Assembly (NCBI GenBank): GCA_965204725.1
Contig: OZ242005.1
Location: 2,048,001-2,112,000 of the forward strand
Length of the DNA stretch: 64,000 nt
Direction: 5' to 3'
Source of the DNA: Candidatus Latescibacterota bacterium
GTDB lineage: Bacteria; Latescibacterota; UBA2968; UBA8231
The notes under the pieces are model-generated. The model ran no database searches, had not been told where the DNA came from, and saw nothing but the letters and a program-made list of their open reading frames with translations. Each line of letters begins with the position of its first letter. The first letter of the stretch is position 1. The position numbers and the translations under genes are program-made. Positions 18,454 through 29,320 of the stretch are shown one piece after another.

Positions 18454-21171
18454 GTGCCTACCAATGGGCAACAACCCACCCTGACCTTAGACGGCCAAGA
18501 AGTCGCCTTTGCTGCGGGCGAAACCCTCTACGAAGTAGCCCAACGCCATCGCCGCGACATTCCCACCCTCTGCTACGACCCGCGCCTAGAACCTTTTGGT
18601 GCTTGTCGGCTTTGCGTGGTCGAAATTGAAGGAGCGCGCAATCCGGTCGCTTCCTGCACGGCGCAAGCCGCGCCCGGCATGGTCGTCAAAACGGCGACCA
18701 CCGCCCTCGAAAAGCACCGCACGACGCTGCTCGAAATGGTCGTCTCGGAAAACCGCGCCGTCGAGGTGGACCCCCTGCGCGGGTACGCTTCCCAAGAGCT
18801 AACCGCCCTCGTCGAGCGCTACCAAGCCCGCTCCGGCCGCTTCCAAGGCGTCCAATCGGGCCAGTCGCATCCCACCGACGACAACCCCTTCATCTTGCGC
18901 GACTACGACTTGTGCATCTCGTGCAACCGCTGCGTCCGCGTCTGCGCCGAGCAGGAAGGCGACCACGCCATCGCCGCCATGGGGCGCGGCTTCCACAAGC
19001 AGATCACCACGGAGTTTAATGGCCTGCTCAAGGATTCGTCCTGCACCTTTTGCGGCCAATGCGTCCAGACCTGCCCCACCGGCGCCCTCGCCGACAAAAA
19101 GGCCCTGCGCGCGGCCGACCTGCCCGGCGAGATCGCAAAGACCCGCTCGGTCTGTCCGTACTGCGGCGTTGGCTGCTCGGTGGATCTGCTGTCCAAAGGG
19201 GATAAACTCGTCGGCATCCAACCGGCCATGGACGGCCCGGCCAACGAAGGTGCGCTGTGCATCAAGGGCCAGTTTGCCTTTGACTTCGTCCAGCACCGCG
19301 ACCGGCTCACCCAGCCCCTCGTTCGCGGCGAGGATGGCCAACTCCACCCCACCGACTGGGACACCGCGCTCGACCGCGCCGCCCAAGGCTTTGCCCAAGT
19401 GCTCGCCGAGCACGGTCGCCACGCCATCTACGGCGTCGCCTCCGGCCGCACACCTTCGGAGGCCAACTACTGCCTCCAGAAGTTCATTCGCAGGGGCTAC
19501 GGCACCCACTACATAGACAACTGTAGCCGTGCCTGACACGCGCCCACGGTTGCCGGTCTGGCAGCCTCTATCGGACGCGGTGCCATGTCGAACCCCCTCG
19601 CCGACATGGACAAACCCGACTTGATCTTCTGCATCGGCACCAACATGACCGAGTGCCACCCCGTGGCCGCGACCCGGATCAAAAAGGCCCTCAAGCGCGG
19701 GGCCAAGATGATCGTCGCCGATCCGCGCAAAATCGATCTCGCGCACATGGCCGATCTCTACTTGCCCATCCGCGTCGGCTCGGACGTGGCCTTGCTGTTG
19801 GCCATGGCCCACGTGATCGTCCGCGATGACTTAGTCGATCGCGCCTTTGTGGAAGCGCGCACGGCCGACTTTGATCACTTCCTAGAGCACGTCGTCGAGT
19901 TCACGCCCGAGTGGGCTTCGACCATCACCGAGGTGCCCGCGGCCGATATTGAACAGGCCGCCCGTTGGTATGGGGCCGCCGACAAAGGGGCCATCTACTA
20001 CACCCTCGGCATCACCGAGCACATCTGCGGCGTCGACAACGTCCAGAGCTTGTGCAATCTCGCCCTGCTCACCGGCAACGTCGGCCGCGAGGGCACTGGC
20101 ATCAACCCCATGCGCGGGCAGAACAACATCCAAGGCGCCGGCGACTCCGGGGCTATTCCATCCGATTACCCCGGCTTCCAACCGGTTGAGCAGCCGGAAA
20201 ATAGGGAAAAATTCACCGCGCTCTATGGGCAGGAGATGGACTCGGCCAAAGGCATCACCAAAGTCCAAGCACTCAACCGCTGCGGCAGCGAGATTTTTGC
20301 CATGATTATCGATGGCGAGAACACCCTCGTCTCCGACCCAGACCGCCACCACTGCGAGCACGCCCTCAAGAGCCTAGATCACCTCGTGGTCATCGACATC
20401 TTCCTCACCGAGACGGCCGCGCTGGCCGACGTGGTCTTCCCGGCCAGCGCCTTTGCCGAGACCGATGGGGTCTGCGCCAATACCGAGCGCCGGGTCCAGC
20501 GCCTGCGCCGAGCCGTGCCCCCGCCCGGCGAGGCCAAGCCCGACTGGTGGATCATAAGTCAGCTTGCCCAGCGGCTCGGCTTTAGCGGCTTCGACTACAC
20601 CTCGGCCGAGGACGTGTTCAACGAGCTGTGCGGGCTCTCTCCCATTTACGCCGGCCTCGATTGGGACCGGATCGACGCGGGCCAATACCAGTGGCCAGTA
20701 CCTGAAAAAGGGCACCCGGGGACGCCGATTTTGCACGAGGGGGCCTTCCGAAACGGCCGCGGCCTTTTCAAAATCATCCGCTACCGCGACCCGGCCGAGA
20801 CCCTCTCGCCCGAGTTCCCGGTCTGGCTGACGACCGGCCGCCGGCTCCAAGCCTACCACACCCGCACCCAGACCGGCCGCGCCCAAGGGATTGATTACCT
20901 GCTCTCTGAGGAGCACCTCGAAGCCCACCCCGAAGACATCGCCGCTTGGGGCCTTGAAGACGGGGGCTTGTGTCGCCTGTCCAGCGCCCGCGGCACCGTC
21001 GAAATCCGCCTCAAGGCCACCACCCGCTCGCCGCGCGGCACGGTCTTTGCCAGCTTCAGCTTCAACGATGTGCCGATCAACATCCTCACCGGCTCCGGGT
21101 ACGACCCGGTCACGCACACCGCCGAGCTCAAGGTCTGCCCGGTGCGCGTCGAGGGCCTAGCCGAGAGCTAG
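18454..21171 (+). CDS. fdhF: Selenocysteine-containing formate dehydrogenase alpha subunit (single gene, UGA at 19534-19536 read as Sec)
   Basis: N-terminal Fe-S clusters, CPYCGVGC; in-frame IDNCSRA-TGA-HAPTVAGL matches the FdhF C..(U/C)H motif; ORFs 18232..19536 and 19585..21171 are in the same frame; molybdopterin C-terminus ELKVCPV. Confidence 0.93.
19548..19566 (+). promoter_or_regulatory. Bacterial SECIS hairpin
   Basis: GGTTGCC-GGTCT-GGCAGCC stem-loop beginning 11 nt after the in-frame TGA, closely resembling the fdhF SECIS. Confidence 0.88.
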
Positions 21172-21203
21172 AGACGCCCAATCGCACCCACGCTAGGCGT
21201 TAG

Positions 21204-21599
21204 TCACGCTAGGAAGTTATGGGTGCGAAGCGACAGCACTTGGGCGATGATCTCGAAATGAGCGTCCTTGTGGGCGAGCACGGCACCGTGTCGGCGGGCT
21301 ATGGCCGCGATGAACACATCCAGCAGCGGCACGGTATAACCCTTGTCCGCAAGCGACCGGATTTTTTGCTCCGCTGTCAGCCAGTCGCCATCGACCGCTG
21401 AGAGGTGAGGCAGGGCCGCGAAGGCACTCACAATTTTCGGGGCCTCTGCTTTGCGTGCTCCGCGCAAAACCTCGGCCCGCACCGGGCCGCAAATCGCCAG
21501 ATCATGGGCAAGCCAGCGCAGCATCTGCGCCCGGACCGCTTCGTCGCCGGTAGGACGGAAGAACTCAATCCAGCAAGACGTGTCTGCGAGAATCAGCAC
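21204..21599 (-). CDS. vapC: VapC PIN-domain toxin
   Basis: ILADTSCWIEFF, EVLRG, DVFIAAIA, HKDAHF. Confidence 0.88.
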   Translation of the reverse strand: MLILADTSCWIEFFRPTGDEAVRAQMLRWLAHDLAICGPVRAEVLRGARKAEAPKIVSAFAALPHLSAVDGDWLTAEQKIRSLADKGYTVPLLDVFIAAIARRHGAVLAHKDAHFEIIAQVLSLRTHNFLA

Positions 21600-21793
21600 T
21601 CCTCCATCGCCTCCAACTCGTCGTTGGAATAGCGCAGCTCAACAGTGCCGGCCAAACCGGCTAGTTGGCGGAGCTTTTGCAGGCGCAGGTATTCGTTTAA
21701 TGCCATGCGCACGGCCGAGGCTTTGTTTTTTTGCTTGGTCGCTTGCTGGACGGCTTGGACAATTTCCGAGTCTAAGGTAACTGTTGTGGCCAT
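21593..21793 (-). CDS. vapB: VapB-like antitoxin
   Basis: 66 aa, MATTVTLDSEIV...KASAVRMALNEY ribbon-helix-helix-like; overlaps the vapC start. Confidence 0.82.
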   Translation of the reverse strand: MATTVTLDSEIVQAVQQATKQKNKASAVRMALNEYLRLQKLRQLAGLAGTVELRYSNDELEAMEEC

Positions 21794-21941
21794 AATAAAA
21801 TCCCGTTGTTATTTCGTGTCTTTTCTCAACAAAAAGATGAACGATTCTTGTTAAAAAAACAAGCCGCGGGGCAACGGCGAAAGCTCTTGGGCTGTCGGCA
21901 CATAAGGGCCAACTTGCCTGTCCGCCTCCCCTTTTACCTTA

Positions 21942-22076
21942 AAAGCTGTCTGAAAACCCACCTTGGGTCATGTTGAACACGCCGTAGAGACAGGATCCGT
22001 CATTCCCGCGAAAGCGGGAATCCAGCCGGGATCGGTTAGACGCAAAGGATGATCACCAGAGTTTTCAGACAGCTTC
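21942..22076. mobile_element. 135-bp MITE with IS5-like ends
   Basis: Perfect 15-bp TIR AAGCTGTCTGAAAAC (21943-21957) / GTTTTCAGACAGCTT (22061-22075); flanking TTA duplication at 21939-21941 and 22077-22079; no transposase. Confidence 0.8.
21998..22025 (+). repeat. REP/dRS3-like palindrome, copy 1
   Basis: CGTCATTCCCGCGAAAGCGGGAATCCAG; near-identical copy at 26650. Confidence 0.8.
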
Positions 22077-22235
22077 TTAGAAGCCGACTACCGCTCTCCG
22101 GGTCACCGCTCGGCCCCGGCCGCATAGCGCACGAGACGCTTGCGGAACGGCAAACAAAAACGGCAGGCGAAAGCAAGCCTCCAACAACGCCCCGCGCTCA
22201 AGATCGATCAAAACGGACGTGTCGGCGACCAGCAT
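22077..22235 (-). pseudogene. Truncated PIN-domain gene downstream of the XRE-ImmA gene
   Basis: Reads MLVADTSVLIDLERGALLEACFRLPFLFAVP (PIN N-terminus), then loses similarity and stops at 52 aa exactly at the MITE target TTA. Confidence 0.6.
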
Positions 22236-22236
22236 C

Positions 22237-23316
22237 TTATGCCCCAGTTAATCCCGACCCCGGCGGCTCCTCCATGCGCCGATTCAGCGCACGGACCGAA
22301 GTTTCCAAAAGCTCGGCGGCTTTGGCCTCAGAAATCGCACCCTCAGCCAAAGCGCGAAAACACAATCGCTCGAAACGCCGAGGCTCCTCACACGCCATAG
22401 CCTTAGGCTCCCGATAGGGCGGCTTGCGCCAGCCTAAACGCGAAAATTCCTGAAACAGCCGCCGGAACAAAGCATCGCTGAAAATACCGAGCTCCTTACA
22501 CCGATAGGTAAGAGCCTGAACACTCACTCCGAATAGCTCCTTGAGCTCGAAAAGTTCGCCCCAGCCGATGGAAGTGCGGTGCTTGCCAATCGCCGCCCAT
22601 AGCACCTCAGCGGGCATGAGAAACGCCCCAGCGAAACGATAGGCGACCTTCTCCTCATCCACCTTGGCGGCGACCTCCAAGACCAAATGTCCGAGCTCGT
22701 GGGCCATGGTCAAGCGTTGCCGTTCCCCCCAATCGTCGCCGTTCACAACAAGAACAGGCACGGCACTCCGACCGACGCGGCGCACCCGCGCCATAAGGCC
22801 GTCAATGCGCCCAAGAGCAACCGCGAACACCTTGATGCCGCGATCCTCCAGCAACTCGACCAAGTTCGGGATAGGGTCAAACCCCAACCCCCAGTACAGT
22901 CGAAGACTGTGAGCAGCGCGGTCGGCCTCAGAAGGATCGCCGATGACCGGATAGGGCACCTCGCGAGGCTTGTCCCACTCAACGCTCGGCAAGCCGAGAA
23001 ACTCCTCAACCATGAGGTAGCGTTCCAGCAAGTGCAGGACTTTGGCTTCGACCTGCGCCTCCTCGCGCTTGATCGTGATCTTCTTTTTGCGAAACTCGAC
23101 AGCCTCCAGCACCATTTCTCGGTCGCCGACCAAGTAGTCCACTGAAACCGAGAGGGCGTCCGCCAGCGCGATGAGGACGCCCGAGCTGGGCATGGACTGG
23201 TCGCGCTCGTACTTGCCAATCGCCTGCGCCGTTACGCGGCATCCCATGCGTTGCTCCAAGCCGCGAAGCGATAGGCCAGCCGCAGAACGAGCGAGTTTGA
23301 GTCGCTGTCCTATCAT
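22237..23316 (-). CDS. XRE-family HTH regulator fused to ImmA/IrrE (M78) metallopeptidase
   Basis: MIGQRLKLARSAAGLSLR HTH; RQRLTMAHELGH (HExxH); EEKVAYRFAGAFLMP; start after AGAGGAG. Confidence 0.9.
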   Translation of the reverse strand: MIGQRLKLARSAAGLSLRGLEQRMGCRVTAQAIGKYERDQSMPSSGVLIALADALSVSVDYLVGDREMVLEAVEFRKKKITIKREEAQVEAKVLHLLERYLMVEEFLGLPSVEWDKPREVPYPVIGDPSEADRAAHSLRLYWGLGFDPIPNLVELLEDRGIKVFAVALGRIDGLMARVRRVGRSAVPVLVVNGDDWGERQRLTMAHELGHLVLEVAAKVDEEKVAYRFAGAFLMPAEVLWAAIGKHRTSIGWGELFELKELFGVSVQALTYRCKELGIFSDALFRRLFQEFSRLGWRKPPYREPKAMACEEPRRFERLCFRALAEGAISEAKAAELLETSVRALNRRMEEPPGSGLTGA

Positions 23317-23588
23317 ATTGTGCTCCTCTTGATGGTTTATATAATGACATATATTAGACGATTTTGTGAACCAACGGAACAGAATTTTGTCCATACAACG
23401 CCAAAAGGCCGCCCCCAATGACCGGCAAACCCTCCTCCAAAAAAGCCTTTGAGGACACTGTAAAATCCGCAATATCCTCAGCGACGCCTTACGGCCCAAG
23501 ATTCGGAGGGGCCTTTCGTCGATCCCCTTTGACGCCTCGTTGCTCTTGGCCTACTGTTATGACCCTCATCCCGACAGGAGCCGCCGCC

Positions 23589-24908
23589 ATGAGCACCCCA
23601 GCCCTATCCCGCGACCAAATCCCCGCCATCGTCGCCGAAGAGACCTCGGCCCAACGGCTGATCGTCGATGACTGGCACACCCATCTCCTCGGCCCCAAAG
23701 CCGGCCCCCAGCTCTGCCTGTACGGCATCGACCAGCAGCTTGTCTATCACTACGTGCGCCGCAAGCTCTTTGCCGCCGGCCACATCGACCCGGCCACCTT
23801 CTACTCGTGGAGCCTAGAAAAACAAGGCGATTTTACTTGGCAGAAGCTCTTTGCCGACGCCGCTTCCGATCCATTCGACGAAGGTTGTCGCGGCGTGGTC
23901 GTAGCCCTAGAAGCCCTCGGCCTCGACCCCAACGCCACCACGCTCGCCGAGGCGCGCCAGTTCTACGCCGACACAGACCCCGAAGCCATCCAACGCCGCT
24001 GCATGGAACTGGCCGGCGTACGCCGCATCGTCGGCACCCAAGACGTGTTCAACGACCAAGAGCGCGCGTACTACGAAAGCGGCGAGTGGGACGAGCATTA
24101 TCTATCCGGTTATCGCCTCGACGAGCTCGTCTTGCACTACCCACGCGCGGCCGTGCGGCTCAACGCTTGGGGCTACGCGGTCGGCAACGACCCCAGCCAG
24201 CCCGCTACGGCCGCGGCCATTCGCCGCTTCCTCGCCGACTGGTACGACAAACTGCACGGCGTCGCGTACGGCGCGTGCTCGTTCCCGCCGCACTGCCCAG
24301 TCCACGACCTCAGCGGGCTGGAGGGCGCCGTGCTCCACCACGCGGTGCTGCCAGCCCTGCGCGAGTTTAAGCGGCCCTTCTTTATGATGCCCGGCCCCAT
24401 TCGCCAACTCAAACCCGAGTGGCGCGACGCCGGCGACGGCGTGGGGTTAGCCGACATGTTCCCCTATCAGCAGCTCGTGCGCCGCCATCCCGACAACGCC
24501 TTCTTCATCACGCCGCTCCACAACGCCAACCAGTACGACGCCAGCGTCCTCTCCTGCCACAACGACAACGTCATGGTCATTGGCCACTGGTGGTTCAACT
24601 ACCATCCGGGTTTAGTCGAGCAGGATCTGCGGACGCGCCTCGAAATGACCGGCGACCGCTTCATCCCCTTCAACTCAGACGCCCGCGTGTTGGAGAACCT
24701 CATTCCCAAGTGGCAGCGCTTCCGCGCCATCCTCGCCACCGTCCTAACCGAAAAATACCAAGACCTGCACGACGCCGGCCGGCACGTAACCCGCGCTGGC
24801 ATCGCCCAAACCCTCCAGACCCTGTTCGCGCCCAACCGCTTTTCTCAACTCGCCTCCGTGAAACGCCCCCAGCAGACAACCCCGTGCGCTAGCCGCGGGA
24901 ATTTGTGA
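23589..24908 (+). CDS. Uronate (glucuronate) isomerase-like amidohydrolase-fold protein
   Basis: DWHTHL metal motif, GHWWF, SDARVLE.L..KW characteristic of the divergent uronate isomerase subgroup. Confidence 0.7.
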   Translation: MSTPALSRDQIPAIVAEETSAQRLIVDDWHTHLLGPKAGPQLCLYGIDQQLVYHYVRRKLFAAGHIDPATFYSWSLEKQGDFTWQKLFADAASDPFDEGCRGVVVALEALGLDPNATTLAEARQFYADTDPEAIQRRCMELAGVRRIVGTQDVFNDQERAYYESGEWDEHYLSGYRLDELVLHYPRAAVRLNAWGYAVGNDPSQPATAAAIRRFLADWYDKLHGVAYGACSFPPHCPVHDLSGLEGAVLHHAVLPALREFKRPFFMMPGPIRQLKPEWRDAGDGVGLADMFPYQQLVRRHPDNAFFITPLHNANQYDASVLSCHNDNVMVIGHWWFNYHPGLVEQDLRTRLEMTGDRFIPFNSDARVLENLIPKWQRFRAILATVLTEKYQDLHDAGRHVTRAGIAQTLQTLFAPNRFSQLASVKRPQQTTPCASRGNL

Positions 24909-24952
24909 TATTTCCTACATCGCACTGCCCCTCAACGGAGGTTTTACCGCAA

Positions 24953-26578
<1,626 letters not shown>

Positions 26579-26649
26579 GCCTTTATAGCAGTCCTAAATG
26601 ACTTGAAAGCATGGAATGTTGATCGGCACGGTCTTTTTTATCTATGAGG

Positions 26650-26677
26650 CGTCATTCCCGCGCAAGCGGGAATCCAG
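26650..26677 (+). repeat. REP/dRS3-like palindrome, copy 2
   Basis: CGTCATTCCCGCGCAAGCGGGAATCCAG. Confidence 0.8.
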
Positions 26678-26731
26678 TCTTGAATGATGTCGGCATTGAT
26701 AAGACGGAGGCGACAACCAAGGAGATTTCAC

Positions 26732-26962
26732 ATGCAGAAAAAACTTACCATTTCCATCGACGAAGAAGTATATCAGGGGCTACGCGATCTCGTTGGGCAG
26801 CGGCGCATTAGCCGTTTCATCGAAGACCTGATTCGGCCACACATCGCCGGGGCGTCGCTAGAGGCGGCTTATGCCGAGATGGGCCGCGATGAACGCCGGG
26901 AAGCCGAGGCCCTTGCGTGGGCCGAAGCGACCCTAGGAGACTGCGCCGATGAACCGAGGTGA
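26732..26962 (+). CDS. Putative antitoxin (CopG/RHH-like) of the PemK/MazF module
   Basis: MQKKLTISIDEEVYQGL...ISRFIEDL; AAGGAG RBS; overlaps the toxin start. Confidence 0.8.
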   Translation: MQKKLTISIDEEVYQGLRDLVGQRRISRFIEDLIRPHIAGASLEAAYAEMGRDERREAEALAWAEATLGDCADEPR

Positions 26963-27278
26963 AGTGTGGTGGGTCAACTTTGGCCCTGCGGTGGGCGGAG
27001 AAATTCGCAAGCACCGTCCCGCCGTCATTTTGAGCAACGATTTGGCCAATAAACACCTGAATCGCGTTCAGGTCGTGCCCTTGACCACCCAAGCCGGCAA
27101 GTTGTATCCCAGTGAAGCAGCAGTCACTATAGTGGGCCGCCTCAATAAGGCGATGGCCGATCAACTGACGACCGCCAGCAAGGAGCGGCTCACCAAGAAG
27201 ATGGGACAGGTGTCCCGCGAAGACCTACACAAGATAGAACGGGCGACGGTCGTGCAACTGGGCCTCTCCATCTCCTGA
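26949..27278 (+). CDS. PemK/MazF family mRNA interferase toxin
   Basis: MNRGEVWWVNFGPAVGGEIRKHRPAVILSND...VVPLTT...ADQL. Confidence 0.92.
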   Translation: MNRGEVWWVNFGPAVGGEIRKHRPAVILSNDLANKHLNRVQVVPLTTQAGKLYPSEAAVTIVGRLNKAMADQLTTASKERLTKKMGQVSREDLHKIERATVVQLGLSIS

Positions 27279-27324
27279 GAGCATCGGCAGACCGGTCGCG
27301 CACGGACCGTGCAGCAAGGATCCC

Positions 27325-28170
27325 ATGAAATTTAGCGAAGCACAATTGGCGCAGTACCGCACGGACGGCTACGTCATCACCGAGTGCCCGTTCCCCCAAA
27401 GCCTCACCGAGGAGTGCATGGACGCGGTCAAAAAGGCGGCCCAAGACCCAACGGCAGGGCCAGCCGATGGCAGCAAGCGGAATCACTTTCACCTGCGGCC
27501 GCAGGTGGAAGACTCGTACTGGTGCGCCCTCGATCACGCCCTGCCGTTCCTAGAGATCATCCTGCACCCCGAAATCCTCGAACTCGCCCGCCAACTGAAC
27601 GCGGACCGCGACATCTATCTGCGCAACGGCGGCATCAACGAGCAGGCTCCGAACCGAGCGGTGGGATGGCACATCGACGGGGGGCCGGGGTGGGCGGAGT
27701 TCATGCACTACTTTTCCGGGGCTTCGCAGGAGAATGGGTGTTTGCGCATCGTCCCCGGCAGCCACACCGAGCCACCCATCGCGCTCGAGGAGAAGGCCGC
27801 CCGGCTCAGAGAAGAACGGGGCATTCCCGGTTCGCCAGCCGACGACGGCTGGGAAGACGTCGCGCTCGACGACGAGATTTCCTTGGAGGTCGAACCGCAC
27901 CAGCTCATCGTGCGCCATGCCAAGCTGTTTCACTCCACATGGCTCAACCGCACCAGTGCCTGCCGGTATCTGAGCCACTGGTTGTTCCATCCGCACCGGA
28001 TCGACAACCATCGCTTTACGTGGGGAGACTACCTGACGCCTGAGTTGCTCAAGGCACTGCATCCCGAGCAGCGGGAGGTGCTGTGGCTGGACCGCGAATT
28101 CGCCATCGACCCAGCCTACGAGCAGGAGCGCGCCCGCGAGTTGGGGCGCGTGACGTGGGGAATCGTCTGA
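27325..28170 (+). CDS. Phytanoyl-CoA dioxygenase (PhyH) family 2OG-Fe(II) oxygenase
   Basis: WHID (HxD), ENGCLRIVPGSH, LFHS distal His. Confidence 0.8.
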   Translation: MKFSEAQLAQYRTDGYVITECPFPQSLTEECMDAVKKAAQDPTAGPADGSKRNHFHLRPQVEDSYWCALDHALPFLEIILHPEILELARQLNADRDIYLRNGGINEQAPNRAVGWHIDGGPGWAEFMHYFSGASQENGCLRIVPGSHTEPPIALEEKAARLREERGIPGSPADDGWEDVALDDEISLEVEPHQLIVRHAKLFHSTWLNRTSACRYLSHWLFHPHRIDNHRFTWGDYLTPELLKALHPEQREVLWLDREFAIDPAYEQERARELGRVTWGIV

Positions 28171-28195
28171 ACCTTCCCGAACCCAGTGTGGCCGT

Positions 28196-29068
28196 TTACT
28201 TCTTCACTTTCCTCAACGCCCCCTTGAACGCCTTGTCGATCTCGTCGCGTGCGACGATCGCGTCCTTCCACACATCCGGGAAACAATCGAGCGCGTAGCC
28301 CGACCCCTTCGGCCCCAACTCGACGACCGCCCATAGCGTGGTGCCGCCGCGCTGGCCCTTGACCCAATGATAGAGCAAGTGCTTGAGGAAGTGGTCGCGC
28401 CAAGTGATAAAATCCGCGTCCAGCGCTCCGCGGCCATTGGTAACTGGCGTCTGGCAATGGCTGCCGGTAAAGGTGCGGAAGTGAATCAACTCGCTCATGT
28501 TGAGCAGGTCCGGGCGATATTCGGCGATGCGCTCCCAGAAGTTGGTCGGCCGTAGCTGCTTGATGATCGCCGGATGCGAGTGGTCAAAATTGGTGCGTAG
28601 CTTTTCCTCGTAGCGCTTTTCGTACTGCGCGGCCAGCGCTAGCCCCTTCTCCGGCGTCTCAGTGCAGGTGTCGCGGTGCCATTCAATCGCCGGCTTGATC
28701 CCGAGCGCGGCACCCGCCTTCATCACCGCCCGCGCCACCGTCACCGCCTTGGGGATAGCCGTGTCGTGGTCGCAGAGCTGGACGTTGATGTGCTCGGCCC
28801 CCGCTTCCTTAAAAGCCGCCAGTTTCGCCTCGGCTGCTGCTGCTGTGGCTACATCGACCCCGCCGACGAGCTGGAGCCCGTGCTTGGCGCAAGCCTCGGC
28901 GATCTCGGGAGCGGCTCCCGCGCTAAAGCCGACAAAGCCAGCGTCTTTGGCCTCGCGGACTTTGCGGTCCATCGACCATTGCTTGGCTTCGGACGGGTAG
29001 TTGGTCAACGTCCACGCGGCGGCGCAGAGTTTGAGTTGCGGTCTTTTGGCCTGCTTTTTCTTGGGCAT
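28196..29068 (-). CDS. Xylose-isomerase-like TIM-barrel protein (sugar phosphate isomerase/epimerase family)
   Basis: EWHRDT, FDHSH, HFR, VELGP metal-site pattern. Confidence 0.65.
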   Translation of the reverse strand: MPKKKQAKRPQLKLCAAAWTLTNYPSEAKQWSMDRKVREAKDAGFVGFSAGAAPEIAEACAKHGLQLVGGVDVATAAAAEAKLAAFKEAGAEHINVQLCDHDTAIPKAVTVARAVMKAGAALGIKPAIEWHRDTCTETPEKGLALAAQYEKRYEEKLRTNFDHSHPAIIKQLRPTNFWERIAEYRPDLLNMSELIHFRTFTGSHCQTPVTNGRGALDADFITWRDHFLKHLLYHWVKGQRGGTTLWAVVELGPKGSGYALDCFPDVWKDAIVARDEIDKAFKGALRKVKK

Positions 29069-29197
29069 TATCCTCTCCTTTACGTGAAAAAATTAAACGA
29101 CGATGCTTGGTGCGCCTCACCTCTCAAGCATACTCAAACACCTAAGCACGCAACACCTACTTTGCGTATGCCTTTTCTGGTGTTGCCGCTGCGTCCG

Positions 29198-29244
29198 GGA
29201 TCGAGGGCGTCCCGCCCTCGACGAGGGCAAGATGCCCTCGATCC
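29198..29244. repeat. Inverted REP doublet (REPIN-like)
   Basis: GGATCGAGGGCGTCCCGCCCTCG-A-CGAGGGCAAGATGCCCTCGATCC: two hairpins forming one larger inverted repeat. Confidence 0.65.
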
Positions 29245-29320
29245 TTGGAAGGCGGGAGGCTGGTGTCATGTAGTAAGCTCAAACACATCAACCTCTTGGA
29301 TGAGGGGAAAATCTCCGCTC

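Noticed and set aside
18232-21171. Two separate FDH genes or a nonsense pseudogene
   Set aside because: Same frame, TGA at the Sec/Cys ligand position and a SECIS downstream indicate one selenoprotein gene
21860-21938. Molybdenum-cofactor riboswitch-like words (AAGGGCC...GCCTCCC)
   Set aside because: No convincing GNRA-capped stems and not upstream of a Moco gene; an Rfam/Infernal scan would settle it
26583-26602. MITE end TTATAGCAGT (also at 44381)
   Set aside because: Resembles IS630-type MITE termini, but no convincing partner inverted end was found at either site
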